A program made the position numbers and the translations under genes. Under the pieces are notes generated by a model, which saw only the letters and a list, made by a program, of their open reading frames with translations, did no database searches and was not told the origin of the DNA. Shown piece by piece: positions 1-14,559 of a stretch of 64,000 nt of DNA (positions are counted from its first letter, which is position 1; each line of letters opens with the position of its first letter). The stretch comes from Octopus vulgaris. Lineage: Eukaryota. The stretch spans positions 94,240,001 through 94,304,000 of the forward strand of contig OX597819.1 of the NCBI GenBank assembly GCA_951406725.2, written 5' to 3'.

Positions 1-52
1 CTCTCCCACTTCGTCCTTAATTTCAAGTGCGACTGAAAAAGTTGACATGCAA
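1..52 (+). CDS. Possible 3' end of an upstream Cav3 II-III linker exon (…SPTSSLISSATEKVDMQ)
   Basis: Open Ser/Thr-rich frame from the window edge to CAA|GTAGGA. The phase-0 end matches the phase-0 start of exon 12618. No conserved motif, so tentative. Confidence 0.4.
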
Positions 53-467
53 GTAGGAGATAAGAAGTGCTTGGCAGTGATCCTTGTTTTGCATCTCCTT
101 ATATATCATGGCAGCAGTCTTGGCAGCTATGCAGTGCTCCAACTCCACCTTTTGCTTTGCCACATCCTTGGTCTTAAAGACCATCTACATACTTCTAAGT
201 GTTCAACCCTATTCTTTGTAAGCCTAGTACATCTGTTTCTAAAATATTCACTACATTAGCTCGTGTGCGTTCCTTACTTTAAACATCCCACTCCATTTAA
301 AAGAAAACTATCATGAGCAAGAGTAAACTTTAAATAAAGATGTATTATTACCATTATTAATAATATTAATAAGGTAATAAATAAGATGGCCAGCAAGTTC
401 ACACCATTACAGGCACAATATATGGCAAATTTAGATACATATATATATATATATACATATATATATT

Positions 468-533
<66 letters not shown>

Positions 534-1530
534 ATACATGTGTGTGTGTGTGAGCCTGAATTTAAAAAGTCAATTTTAGAATCAACTGTCAGAAATAATT
601 CATCAAAGTAGTTTTTCTAAAGAATCTTACTTTTTTGAGATTTTTATATATTTGTTTACAATTATTTTAGACTGAACTATTTCAAGACAAATATCTACTT
701 TTAGATGAAAGTGGTAAATTAATATTTAACTAATTTCTAAAATCTGAAACCATTTAATTTATCGTTCTTTGATTTTCATTGAATGCACAGTGAAATTATT
801 TCACTAATTATTTGAATAAATAGTTTTGCTGATCTTAGCTTTTACTGTAGTAGCTCTAATTTCTTTATAAATGTTTTATAATATAATATACTGTTCTCTT
901 AACTCTGTCAAGTGAGTTTGCCGTTTTTTATCAGACAACAGATCTGCTTTGTTTGGTAGATAAAATTTTATTCTATTTGATTTCATTAATTAACTAGCAT
1001 TTTATAGCATGCAAGTAACAATTTCTAGGATATTCTGAATATTCCAGTTTCTATTTACAAATAAAAATTAAACTTTAAAATTATTATTGTGCAACAAATG
1101 CCAGACAAAAAAAAAAAGGAAATTAAAACAGCAAAAATGAATTAAAATAACAAAAATGTTATCTTAACAAACACAAACGTAACATTTCTTTATGAGACAC
1201 TGGATTAATATATTTCTAAAGCTTTATATTAATATTTGATGGCTATTTGCAACATCAGTGTCTGAAAATATTCTGTTTTTCTATATACCATAGCAGCAAG
1301 ATTTGACTGGCATGTGGTAACTGCATGCTTCTCACTGATGTTTTCCAATAGAAGGAAATAACTTTATATGGGAATTCCAGTGCCATGACAGACAATTCTG
1401 TCCACTATGAACTATGTATGTGCTTTCATGTACCAAGGACCTATATGATAGGATCTCTCAAGCCTAATAATGCAATTTTGGGTGTTCTAACAAGACATCC
1501 ATGCTAAGTTGCATACAAAGATTACCTATT

Positions 1531-1745
1531 ACTCTTTAGTCTTTTACTTGCTTCAGTCATTTGACTGTGGCCATGCTGGAGCACCGCCTTTAGTCAAGCA
1601 AATCGACCCCAGGACTTATTCTTTGTAAGCCTAGTACTTATTCTATCGGTCTCTTTTGCCGAACCGCTAAGTTACGGGGACGTAAACACACCAGCATCGG
1701 TTGTCAAGCGATATTGAGGGGACAAACACAGACACACAAACATAT

Positions 1746-1796
<51 letters not shown>

Positions 1797-1964
1797 CATA
1801 TATACGATGGGCTTCTTTCAGTTTCCGTGTACGAAATCTACTCACAAGGCTTTGGTCGGCCCAAGGCTATAGTAGAAGACACTTGCCCAAGGTGCCATGC
1901 AGTAGGACTGAACCCGGAACCATGTGGTTGGTAAGCAAGCTACTTACCACACAGCCACTCCTAC
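1531..1964 (-). mobile_element. tRNA-derived SINE (family A) with internal (TA)/(CA) tract
   Basis: Minus-strand head gtggctgtgtggtaag…ggttccgggttcagtcc and tail gtcaaatgactgaagcaagtaaaag. Possible TSD acctatt. Near-identical to the copies at 43762, 57996, 61098. Confidence 0.9.
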
Positions 1965-2559
1965 ACCTATTGTAAATTTATTTAATATAGCTTTTTCGAA
2001 AATAATGACAGCATATTTATTCATAGTAGTAATAGAGTATTTCAATTATCTTCCAGCAAAAGTCCAGTTAAGAATATACATTTATTTTATGTCTTTATTT
2101 CTGTCCCTTTATATAACGTTACATAACTCTTTATGTATATATCTACATATGGTCAAACACATACATGCACACAATACATAAACATACACAGCCGAAGGAG
2201 GAAGCATCCATGTGGTTGCTTGTGCTACACGTAATAACCAAATCTTCCTGAAATTGCATCTTATTATTCAAAAATGGAAAATACACATCAAAATAATGTA
2301 GTCCTAGATATTATTTAAGTAAAAGAAATGAAACAGAATCAGCATGACTGCTCAGTTAATCCTGACTTAAGTTTAAACAACAGTATTGACACAAGTATGC
2401 AAATATAGCTCATAATATGAGACATGTAAGCCATGATGATTTTAGCATCATCTGATGAGCAGTACCGATGTTAGTAATATCTTGGGAATTAGTCTCACAA
2501 CAATATTTCTGTCATTCTTTTATCTGCAAGGACATCTTGACACAGCAAGAATAATTGTA

Positions 2560-2960
2560 TCATTCCCTCTTTTCTTCAAATCAGGTATCAAACTATGGTA
2601 GTACTCTCTTTGCACACCTTTTCTAATACCCAAAGTCTTCTATTACCTTTTGTAACACATTGTAGCCACAGTCCATTTATGCAGCAACCTTACAGATTGT
2701 AACTCATCTGTACACAAAAATCAATTTGTTTATTCTCTGGTGGTTCATGACAGTAGTTGCATTTAATGGTCAACCTCTGCATGGTCTGTCTTCGATGCTG
2801 GTTTCACCATTTATTAAACTTCTTCATCTGTCAGTGCAGATAGTTCTTATCAATGGTGTCATCTTGAAAAACACTCTGTAGCTTTTTGCAATGTCAAAGA
2901 GTGAGCATCCCTCATTCATCAAGAATTCAATGGCAGCACACTGCTTATGCCTTGAACTTA
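2560..2960 (-). pseudogene. Decayed mariner-type transposase N-terminus
   Basis: Minus-strand remnants RHKQCAAIEFLMNEG, LQSVFQDDTID, NGETSIEDRPCRG and a decayed LG.RK.CA..VP-like segment, with frameshifts. Confidence 0.65.
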
Positions 2961-3038
2961 TTATTTGCCTGCAATGAAAAGGAACAAGAAGAAGAATTAC
3001 TATAAAGAATTACAAAAGAATTACTATATTACTATATT

Positions 3039-3305
3039 CATGGGCCCGGGAACAGTGGGTACAAGGGGTGCATTTGCACCCTTCAAAACTTTTGTGGGGT
3101 GCAACATCAAAATTTACACCCCTACTTACTTTTCTCATGTTTAGAAAACAGTGTGTGTAAAAAGTGATCTGTAAAAAGTAGTTTGAATTAGGTTTCTTCT
3201 CAAAGAACAAAGAACATAAATAAATAAAAATAACACAACCTTATTTGTAAAAGTTTTTGGACCTGAGTTTGCATGCCTTAAGCAAATTTCATTCCTGAGC
3301 CAGTG
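3039..3305. mobile_element. hAT-type MITE
   Basis: 8-bp TSD actatatt at 3031-3038 and 3306-3313. Imperfect TIRs catgggcccgggaa / ttcctgagccagtg. Confidence 0.75.
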
Positions 3306-4423
3306 ACTATATTATTATTGCCACTAAGAATCATTATAGAGTTACTCTACCAACATGTGCAATTTGAATGATTTATGTTGGTTAATATAAAATGTGTCTG
3401 CTCTTGCATTAGTTTTGGGGCAAGCGTCATATAGATATATATATATATATATATATACAGAGAAAGAACGAAAGAAAGAAAGAAAACTAAATGATGAGGA
3501 TCAAATTAAACATGTGTACATGTATTTTTGGTGATGCTTACCGCCAACCTCTCTGCCCCATCAACCCTCTACCCCCCCATACATTTCATCCCCTAACACC
3601 TAACATTTCCTCTATCACCTGAGAACAGAATAGGTACATACTACACACACTGGCTTTCTCAGTTACCTTTTCCCCCAGCCTACTGTTTCCACCAATCACC
3701 TCCTTTCTGTGCCTTCTCTCCCTCACTTGTATTGTTCTTCATCATCAACACCCACTCACCCAGCCCAAGCCGTTATATCACCTCATCTATTCTCACCACT
3801 ACTAATTGTTCCTTGAGGCCATATCCCAACACATCTCCACCATCATCTCTCTCTCTCTCTCACTGTCACACTCTTTATCTTAATTTCTAACTCACTCACC
3901 TTCGTTTTCCAACTGGGGTGTCTATGTACCTACTCTACAGCAAGACATCTCTATCTATCCCTTCATTACTTAAAATCCCTCAACTGGCACAAAGCCACAC
4001 CCCAACATTACTACTCTTCCCTCCCAGTTAAGAAACTTTTTGCTTTGCAAGGTTTTCAGTAGCCTTGTAAAAAAGCATCCAGTACACTCTGTAAAGTGGC
4101 TGGCATTAGGAAGAGCATCCAGGTGTAGAAACCATGCCAAAACAAACAATAGAACCTGATCTAGCTCCTGGCTTTACCAGATCATGTCAAACCGTCCAAC
4201 CCATGCCAGCATGGAAAATGATGATTGTGATGATGATCTTGTACACGAAAATGTAAAAGGCTTTCAATGTGATATTTTGCAGTGTATGCATCTTTATTTT
4301 GATCCTTGCCATTTTGTGTGTATATGCTAAATATATATAGATATTAATTTTAATTTACCTGTGTGCTTTTAATAAGCATACATTTAACTTTGCTATGCAA
4401 ATAGACCCTATAGTTTAACCACT

Positions 4424-4424
4424 A

Positions 4425-4501
<77 letters not shown>

Positions 4502-4717
4502 GTGTGGCCTGAAGAACAATTCAATTAGTTTCAACTTTCTTTTCACGCTCATCAAGAGATTTTACTTTTTTCATTGTGCTCAGAGATGTGTTTGTGTATG
4601 TGTGTATATATATATACATATACACACGCACACACACACACATAAATACATACATGCATACAAATAGATAGATAGATAGATAGATAGATAGATCGAAAGA
4701 TAGATAGACAGATAGAC

Positions 4718-4793
<76 letters not shown>

Positions 4794-4830
4794 TCTCACA
4801 CACGCCAACACAATCACACACACACACATA
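4424..4830. repeat. (CT)n 4424-4498, (GATA)n about 4664-4793 and (CA)n microsatellites
   Basis: Seen directly. Confidence 0.95.
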
Positions 4831-5659
4831 CAATACATAGATAGGTATATGCATGCGAGTGGTGACTTGAATAAATATCAATATTTTTCATTGATAAACA
4901 GAATTTACACGGTCATTCTATGTATCATTCTATACATATACATGTGGACATCTTTGTGTGTGAACATACATACGTGTATGTGAGAGAAAGAGAAAGCAGA
5001 AGAGGTGCTGTGTACTTTGCGTATATATTTTTGATACCTTACTTTTTTTTTTTTGATCTCTTGAAAAATCTAAAAATTCATAAATTCATAAAATGTATTA
5101 GATTCTATAAAGTATTTTCTTTTTCTTTTCACTCCCACTTACTCCATTATTTCCCAGTTTATTTTGGTTCAAGTTATTTGTCTGAAATTTCTTCACTTTC
5201 TTTTCTTTTAATACCGTTTCTTTTGAACTTAATGAAGACATTTTATGTCCTTATTTGATTTCTGTCAAACTGGAGTTTATTGCAAGTGTCTCTCTAAATT
5301 AAATGTTTTTCAGTTATTATTATACTTTTTTCTCCATTTAAAACTAAAATCATTTGCAGTCAAATTTCAATATAATAATAATAATAATAACGTTAGTGGT
5401 AAAAATATTAATGTAATAAATAGTATTAAAGAAATAACAATAGTGACAATAATAATAATGATAATTAATATTAATAAAATAATAATATAATAATAGTAGT
5501 AATAGTAATAAATAATAATATAACTGCTATACATACCCCATACCATTATTCATATTTAGTGCTAGTTCACTAATTCAATTATATTTGCTGGTAGATCACT
5601 AAAATTCCTTTGAGCTTTTTTTCTTTTCCACCACCACTTCCAACCAATCATGTTTGTTT

Positions 5660-5693
5660 ACTTATACATATATGTATGTAAATGTGGGCAATA

Positions 5694-5763
<70 letters not shown>

Positions 5764-6004
5764 ACAGATATATGTATATAATATACATGATGTAATACAT
5801 ATATAGAATATTATATATATTTATTATTTGATATTTATATATATTCATATATATGAATGTGCATCTATATTATATATATATATGTGAATATATATTATAT
5901 ATATACATATATATATATACATATATATATATACATATATTTATATATCATATATATATATATACATATATATATACATCATATATATATATATAAAATA
6001 TATT

Positions 6005-6063
<59 letters not shown>

Positions 6064-6069
6064 TATATT

Positions 6070-6122
<53 letters not shown>

Positions 6123-6197
6123 TTATATATATATATACATATATATATATTTATATACATATATATATATTTATATATATATACATATATATATATT

Positions 6198-6255
<58 letters not shown>

Positions 6256-6330
6256 TATATTTATATATATATATATATACACATATATATATATGCACAT
6301 ACATACATACATATATGTATATTATATAAT
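5660..6330. repeat. Long imperfect (TA)n tract
   Basis: Seen directly. Other TA tracts at 437-540, 11120-11280, 22328-22605, 30298-30333. Confidence 0.95.
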
Positions 6331-9300
6331 TTATTTTCAGTGTTTTTAATGTTGTTGTTATTGTTTTGGGGTTGGAGAGGAGGGGTTTTGTTGCCAATAA
6401 AAAGAATATCTTCTTAATAATCTTTACTAATGCTTTTTGTTTGAAATTGGTAGAGATGTGACAACTTCAGGCAAAACTTTTTTGACAACATCCATAGTTA
6501 CCCTCCTCTCAGTGCACAGATGCATGCTGTTACATATACATATGTATATATATATAGATATATACAGCTATATATATATAAACATATATATGTATTCTTT
6601 TAACCATTCCCATTTTTTTATATCAAACCATAACAGTTGTTGGGGCTGTGACGAATAACCTTTCATTTTGTTAAAATATATTTTCCATTTCTTTTTCTAT
6701 ACTATTTCAGTTACATTTTTTGCCCACAAAATATAAATTGAGGATTTTTTCTTATCATTAAATTTGCCAAATATTCTGTTATTTTATTCCTGTTATAGCA
6801 AGCTCATTCTTGGAAATTAGTGGTGATCATAAACTTTATTATGAGCCACTACATCAAAGAACATGTGTCCTATTAACTTGATTTACCCTGTTATGTTGTA
6901 ATAGCAATACCATCTGTCACCTTCCTTCCATTCCTAAAGTTGCCTTATACACAAGAGTCTCATCATCATGACATTTATCATGTACACTATCAACTGTTAT
7001 CGACTTGATTTTCAACTTGCACAATTGTTTCATTTAAATTGATGTTCATCATGTTACAAGTCACTCATTAACAACATGCCATCATACAGTATTCACTTCA
7101 TTATACTCAATGCTTCACCTAACCCATCTCTCCATCTGAATCACTCTCAAATATAACAACCACTCCATCACATCTTCCATCATCCTCTGGGACAGGTGAG
7201 CTATAATCACACAATTTTTTTGCAGGTGGGTTTATAAAACTTTTTCTATACTAACACTAATTGGAACAGTGTTAAACATATACAAAAACAAAAAGAGAAC
7301 TCTTCACCATCATAAATGAAAATAATGTCAAAAACACTCTCACATTAATATTATACCTTCCATAAGCTGCTCGAATTGTTAAGACAGATTTTTTCCTTCA
7401 GAAAATTTCCTGATACTTTTGAACCAAAATTTTCAAGTCTTTCAGTACAATAACAACATAAACAAGACGATTAGGTTAGATTGATGACAAATAATTAAAT
7501 TTCCACTGAGACCAACAAGTTAGTTATAGATTAACAAATGTTTAATTGACTATTTTCAATATCATAAGGTGTTTGGTTCAAGTTCATTAGTGTCAACTAA
7601 TCAAAATGCTAAAGAATCCATTTCAAATCCAAACTGTTAAAAAGCAAACACAGAAACTCAACCACTCATGGCTAAGGAGTGAGTAATAAATAAATCATTC
7701 CTACCCCAAGTTATTCTAAATCTACCTTTATATTTGATTTCTTCAAGCTATAATGGTTATTATGTTACTACAGAAGATCCTTCACATGCAGAAATTATTA
7801 GAGACACATCCATCATTATAAGCAAATTTTCTAGTAGATAAAGATACGGTGGTACATTAAATAACCCTATATTTCATCTAGAGAGAAAGAATCCTTTTCT
7901 TCCTCTTCTCTTCAACTTTAATTCTCTGTTCTTGTTTTGAAAGTCTTGAAGTTGTATAGTTGTATTCTTGATTATTGCTCTATGCCTGTCCTTATTCAAT
8001 TCACAAGCTTCCCAACCACAAGGTTTTGGTTGCAGTAGATGCAAGCACAGCTGTATTGTTAAGAAGTTTACTTTCTAGCCACATGGCCTCAATTTCAGTC
8101 CTAATGCATGGCATGTTGGATAAATGTTATCTACATTAGCCTTGAGCTGATCAAAGCCTTGCAAGTATAATTGGTAAAGGAAACTGAAAAGAGCCCAATT
8201 GTATATTTGAGCACGTGTGTGTGTATGTGCATGTTATATGTGAAATTTGTGCTTCTCCAAAAGCCCGTAAGACACAAGCAGTAACATTGTTGTCAACAAA
8301 ATAACTACTGGCTTTGTGCCATCAAAGGCTTGTGAAATAAGAGGTCCTTTACTTGAAAAACAGCTAAAGGTAATTGACAGTACCCATGTCAAAAAATGCC
8401 TAACCCATAGGGAAAAACGTGCTAAAATGAGTGAATAAAGCTATTTTCATGTTTCATATCACATAAAATATCAGAAATTTGGAGAAAATCTTTCTCTTTT
8501 CTTTTCTCTTTAATTTCAGTTTCCCACTGCTGATATTACACTACAATTTTCTGTTTTCTAATAAAATTATGGATATTTTATAAAATCTTAGCATTCATAT
8601 AACAAAAATATATTCCATGAACGAGAATTTTAGTTTTAATCTTGAAAATAGTCTCCTTGGTTTTAAGTGTTCAGGCATTTGCAAAATGTTTTGTTCTTCA
8701 TAATCGCATAACGTGTATCAGTTTCTAATCAATAATTTAAGTTCATCTTCTTTAAATATGAAAGAAACCTTGCTTTTCTTCCAATGACAAAAGGAATTGT
8801 ATAATCCTCTTAGATTTTATGTAGTGTTTCTGAGGTATTTCAATATCTGACAAAGCTTAACTCATTTGTAGAAATGAATTTTATAATGTAACAAACATAC
8901 CCTCAGTTAAAGTACTCCTGCTACTTCAAATAGCCAGTTGTACCTCCTTATAGTGCCTATTTACAGCTAAATCAGACTGCAACAGTGGAAATAAAATACA
9001 AACTGTCTGCACTTTACCCAAAACCTAGCAATGAGGTCAATTTCAACTGGATTGTTTTCAATACCATTTCCTGCTATTTACAATATCAGAGCAGATAATT
9101 GCTTATAAACGGTTAGTAATCTGCAAGTTGGATTCCTTTGTAGACAAGAATCGATCATTCTTATGTACATGAGAATGTGAGAACTTGCTTTATTTTGGAA
9201 ATATTGGTTTTTCAATAATTGCAAAATAATTTGTTTGCACTTGTTTGAATTCCAATTTTGCATGTGTAACTTTAGACAGGTGACTTTCTTCTTTATAAAA

Positions 9301-9792
9301 TGTTTTAATCACACTTGCAATTAAGTCCAATCTGTATTAGATAATGCTCTCAAAACAGTATCATCATATCTGTTCCATTATTACTCAAAATAATACTTTT
9401 TGCAACATCACCCTATACTGCACTCTATCATTACTATTCCATTACCATTATAATTATATTTTCTGTTCTTGCCATAAGGTTATCATACCTACCCAACATA
9501 TCTCTGCTATTTCCATTATCATACATTTGCAATTGATTTTATGCATTATTGTCATATCCTTTTATGATAATATGATAACATTTGATCATTAGTATATTGT
9601 ACTGTAATGTGTGATATCATCATTTCATCAATATAACACTGCAGACTTATATCATTATCATATCACTCTGTCATTTAAGTATAATACCATTATTTATTAG
9701 CTGCTTTGTCATTGTAAATTCCAGTGACAATTAGCCTAGTCTGTTTTAAGTAGCTACTCGTAATCCAATAAACACTGTATTATTTTGCAGTG

Positions 9793-9856
<64 letters not shown>

Positions 9857-11137
9857 TGAAACTTCAAGACTTCTTGAAGTGGTTGGGAATACCATGCAAG
9901 ATTGGTGTCATAAAAGAATCAGCTAGGTTCTAGTTTGACTTGACAGATGACTAAATACTCAATGCATTTTCCATCTATGCTGCATGACAAAGTAGTAGTG
10001 GTGGTAGTAATAATAATAATAATGATGATAATGATAATAATAATAATTCCCATCATCATCATCGTCATCATCATCATCATCATCATTATCATCATCATCA
10101 TCATCATCTTCATTATTATTGCCATCAAAGTTTGTGACCAGTTACTCAAATAACCCTTTATAAAATGTGATTTTTAACTATCTTTAATTACTCAAATAAC
10201 CCTTTACAAAATGTGATTTTTAACTATCTTTAATGCGATTTGAGACTTTTACGCTATCCTTATTTTATTGTGGTAATAGTAGGCAAGCTGATGCCAAAGA
10301 TCAAGAAGCAGAGACTTTAAGATGTAATTCAAAGATGAATAACTCACCTGATACAGAAATATTACCACAAAGAAAAAATATAAATCAACATTAATCAGTT
10401 GGTAAATTCAAAATCGTCACAGCCCTAAAAAAAAAAGAAAAACACTTACAATAGTTTTTTTTTACCCTGCTGTCAACCATTTTCTATTTTGAAATCACAT
10501 CATTTTAGTTTTTTTTTTATCTTGAAATTTTTTTTCTTTGCATTCAACAATTTATCACACTGCACTCACCTCACGTTTTCTCATTTCTACCCTCCTAACT
10601 GCTTATGCATAGATTTTTTTTACTCCATTAATAATGGAATATACTGTCTTTCAGTTGTTCACAATTGTATACCAACATATGCTATTGTGGCTGGCTAATT
10701 TTTCTTGTTTTTTTCTTTAATTCAGATTCAAACACATTCACTTTTTATTCTTCTGCATTTCTTATTTCAATGTTATTAACTAAATATAATAAAATCATTG
10801 TTCATATGTTTTCTAAATCATGTACTCCTTTTAAAATTATTCATAAATGTCTCTAATTTTTTATTTGTATTCTTGAAAATTATTTAAGCCTTTAATTTTA
10901 TCACTTTTAAATGAAAGCAAAAAAAAATGAAGAAAAGAAAATATGACTATAAAAATGGCATGAAGAAATGAAGGAGCAGATTTGAAAAATATTATGTATC
11001 TAATTCCAGATTTACAATTAGAAACAAAGTTATTTTCAAATACAATTATCTTGATTTTGTTTTGAAATATTTAACTAAAAATCTAAATGTAATTTTTTAA
11101 AAAGCATTTTTTACAGTTATACATACATATATGTATA

Positions 11138-11180
<43 letters not shown>

Positions 11181-11199
11181 TATACATACATATAGATAC

Positions 11200-11249
<50 letters not shown>

Positions 11250-12245
11250 TATATATGTATATATATATACATATATATGATATTTGATTTTTGGCATGTG
11301 GTGTTTATGTTTCAGTAAAACTGGATTTCTCCATCATTAATTTCTTGTTGAATTTCATTCACTCCATTTTGTTTTTTATTTATTTATTTATTTGAATTCA
11401 ATTAAATATTCCATTTTATTTACTCATTCGGCATTAGCAATCATCTAAACAACATGAATTATGTTCTATAATTAAGTCTACTCTCAAAAGAACTTATATC
11501 AATAGTTTTGTTTTAGAGATGTTAAATTCACTCCAGTTAATTTATACTTTATTATATATCAAAAATTTGGGAAGACAAGAAAATATTTATTTTAGTAATA
11601 GGTTACTGCCTCCAAGTAATAATTGCCTAATCACTCAAAAGTTTATGGGCAATGCAAACAAAGTGAATACTTAATATAATTATTTTATAGTAAATATTAA
11701 TAAATAATTATTATTTTGATGCTCTGAAATAACATTTATATCGCTTGTGGGTTTTAGTTGCTTAATTTTTTTATATTTTTTTATCTTTAGAAACATCTTA
11801 TATACGTAACATTACAACCTATTTTCATTGTCTTTCCTGTTACACAGAAGTCATATGAAAATATGTTTCACATTACAGAATTTTACATTATGACAAAGTT
11901 TTCAGAAATGCAATGCTTGTGTAAAGCAAGTTGTTTCTGTAGAATGAGTATTTGTAGGCAGAATTATTTCTGTCAAAATCTTAGATAATATGAAAGACAT
12001 TATGAGATTTAGTTTGGTTAACATTGCAGGCTCAACTGAGTGCTTAAGAAGCTTTCTTTGCAATCACAAGGCACCACTTTCAATTCTAGAATGTGACTGC
12101 TTATCCTCAAGTCTAACTTATATGTAGATGTTTTTGACCACTAAAAGATTTTTTTTAAATTTTGAATTTTAAACATTTTCTCAAAATTTTCTTCCTGACA
12201 TTTTTGGTAATATGATGCATAATTTATATCCTATAATTCATATCA

Positions 12246-12285
<40 letters not shown>

Positions 12286-12617
12286 GGACAAGCGAATAGC
12301 TATCATAAAAACAACAAGACATAAATAACTCAGGAAATTTTCATATGAAATTATTCTTTATTAATATATTTTATTTCTGCCCTTACTACTAGCCAATTTT
12401 GTAGATAAATAAAAGAATCAACAGTATAAAGATTATATAGCATACAAAACGTTTCCTAGATTGAATAACAACTGTAAATAAAACAGATTCTTTTAACATT
12501 ACAACAAAAATTTCTATAAGTTAATGCTGTTTCCTTGGGAGAAGTAAGTCTGTTAAGCATTTTATCAGCTATCAATGAACAGATGTCTAAAAAAAATTAT
12601 CTGATGTGTCCTTACAG

Positions 12618-12706
12618 AACTGCGTTTGTTCATGGTGTCCAGAACCCAAAGGATGTTTTAAAGAAAGGGAAGAATATGCTCTCTATGTGCTTTCACCTTC
12701 AAACAC
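12618..12706 (+). CDS. Cav3: T-type Ca channel alpha-1 exon, distal II-III linker (NCVCSWCPEPKGCFKEREEYALYVLSPSN-T)
   Basis: cttacag| acceptor, |gtaaaa donor, 89 nt, phase 0 to 2. Resembles the Cav3 pre-IIIS1 segment and splices in frame to the next exon. Confidence 0.85.
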
Positions 12707-14435
12707 GTAAAACTCTTTTCATTTTTATATTTTTGTGTTTGTGTGTTTTTGTAAATCTATTACATAAATTTTACTATAATGTTTGCTTCCTTCTTTTTTT
12801 CCTTTTGCTTTTAAGGTACAATGACTGAATAATTCAGCTTGATATCTGTTAACACAAATTTTGTGAATTGAAACCCTTATTTTAATATTGCTCTTTTCTC
12901 TAAAGCAAATCACATGCTTCTGCTTCATTCAGCTTAACTGAAATGTCTTCCCATTCCAAGTGCATAGAGCATGTGTTAGGGCTAAGTAAAAATAATTGGA
13001 CACACTATTGCTCTATCAGTTTATGTAAAGGAATTTTTGAAATGTATCCAAAGTCTACTGATATGGTAACGTTCTCCAAAAGCATTGAAAACTGAACAAT
13101 ATTTAGGAGAAATATAACACATGTCAGCATGGAAAATGGATACAAAATGATGATGATGATGATGATGATATGTTAAGTTTTAAAATATTCTTTTAAGGTA
13201 TTTACTGCAGATATACATCAAAAATTATTTATTTCTATCTTGATAATTTTTTTTTCTGCCTTAGAATAATTTACATAAATTTTGACATTTCTGGAAATTG
13301 TTGAAATGTTTTACTAGTGGATGCTCGTAATGTTTACTACTCAGTCAAGCTATGCAGCTATGTGCATTAATTAGAAAGCAATGTTCTGGCTAAGCTAAAA
13401 TATTATGTCATAACTTGTATGTTTTGGCCATTTAGCCACTACATTTATATATTGAGAAAATGAATGCATCATCAAAAGCAGGCTTTTTTTTAATCTTCTT
13501 AGAGAAAGCATGAGATTGTGTCAACTAAACTATAACATAGGTATTTGGAATGTTATCTTCATTGGTAATTTCCTCTTCATAGACCAATCCAAGTTTGAAT
13601 TGCCAATCCATTGTTCTATTGTTTTAACTATTTGTACTTCTTAATTTAAAATTCATACTTCCATTCATTTCATGATAATATGATTGGCATCTATTATTAA
13701 AAGTCCTTATCTCTGAAATCATACAAGTTTTTGAATTTGTCAGCCAATACAATTTCTGAACCTGTAAAACCTATTTGATCTTTAAGTAAAATACAAAAAA
13801 TTTCATGTTATTTTATATTACATGTGTATTCTTAAAATTGTTAATTAATTATACTCTTTTTGATATTTTATGAATATCAATAACCATCCACCCCATACCC
13901 AGAACCTAGTCATTAGACATACTTCTTTAATTCTATCATTAAAGCAACAGCCCCTCTTCTTACTTTTCAGGCTGAAAACCTTGCTCATTTTAAAACATTT
14001 TGCTCACTCTCTGTATCTGAGTGTATAACTTACATTATCTCTTCAAAGCTTCTCCAAAATATAAAAAATATCTACATGTACCTCCCTACATTTCGTTTCA
14101 TAATTATATCTAATACTGATTTTACTAAATCTATTTATCCAATTAATCCAATGTTACATATTATATATTAACTCTCTTTTGCTCAGAAAAATAAATCATG
14201 AAGAAAAATTGACAAAAGCAGATCTTATAATTCATGTATAAATTTCAATTTCCAAGCTGAAAATTAAAAACATAATAAATTTCATTAAAGTGATAAATGC
14301 TTCAATTTTCAAAAAATTATATTTTCAATAATCATGGATGATTTCAGAGAGAATGTTTCTCTACTTACTATATATTTAAGAAAACCTTATTTAATTAACA
14401 AGATTTTTTTCCCATGAAATTCTAATCTATTCTAG

Positions 14436-14559
14436 ATTAAGAAGATTGTGTCATCATATGATTTCAAGACGCTGGTTTGACTACTCAGTTCTCTTTTTCA
14501 TTGCCCTAAACTGTATAACACTTGCAATGGAAAGACCAAACATCCCATCAGGTAGCACA
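14436..14559 (+). CDS. Cav3: Cav3 exon, IIIS1 (LRRLCHHMISRRWFDYSVLFFIALNCITLAMERPNIPSGST)
   Basis: tctag|…|gtaagt, 124 nt, phase 2 to 0. LNCITLAMERP motif typical of Cav3. Confidence 0.96.

Noticed and set aside
1352-1415. Cassette exon candidate (aatag|…|gtatgt, KEITLYGNSSAMTDNSVHYEL)
   Set aside because: 64 nt, not frame-preserving between phase-0 neighbours, and no homology support.
4521-6397. YI/IYLS/HT/MMM-rich ORFs here and throughout the track
   Set aside because: Translations of (TA)n, (GATA)n, (CA)n and (CAT)n microsatellites.
7120-7200. Strong-looking donor gacag|gtgagc after a Ser/Pro-rich frame
   Set aside because: In-frame stop upstream with no acceptor in between.
8954-9035. 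Extra Cav3 linker exon with DCNSG resembling the Cav3 DCNG motif
   Set aside because: The frame reaches TAG before the candidate donor, and the donor is weak.
10283-10394. Short open frame QADAKDQEAETLRCNSK after an AG
   Set aside because: Incompatible phase and ends in a stop without a convincing donor.
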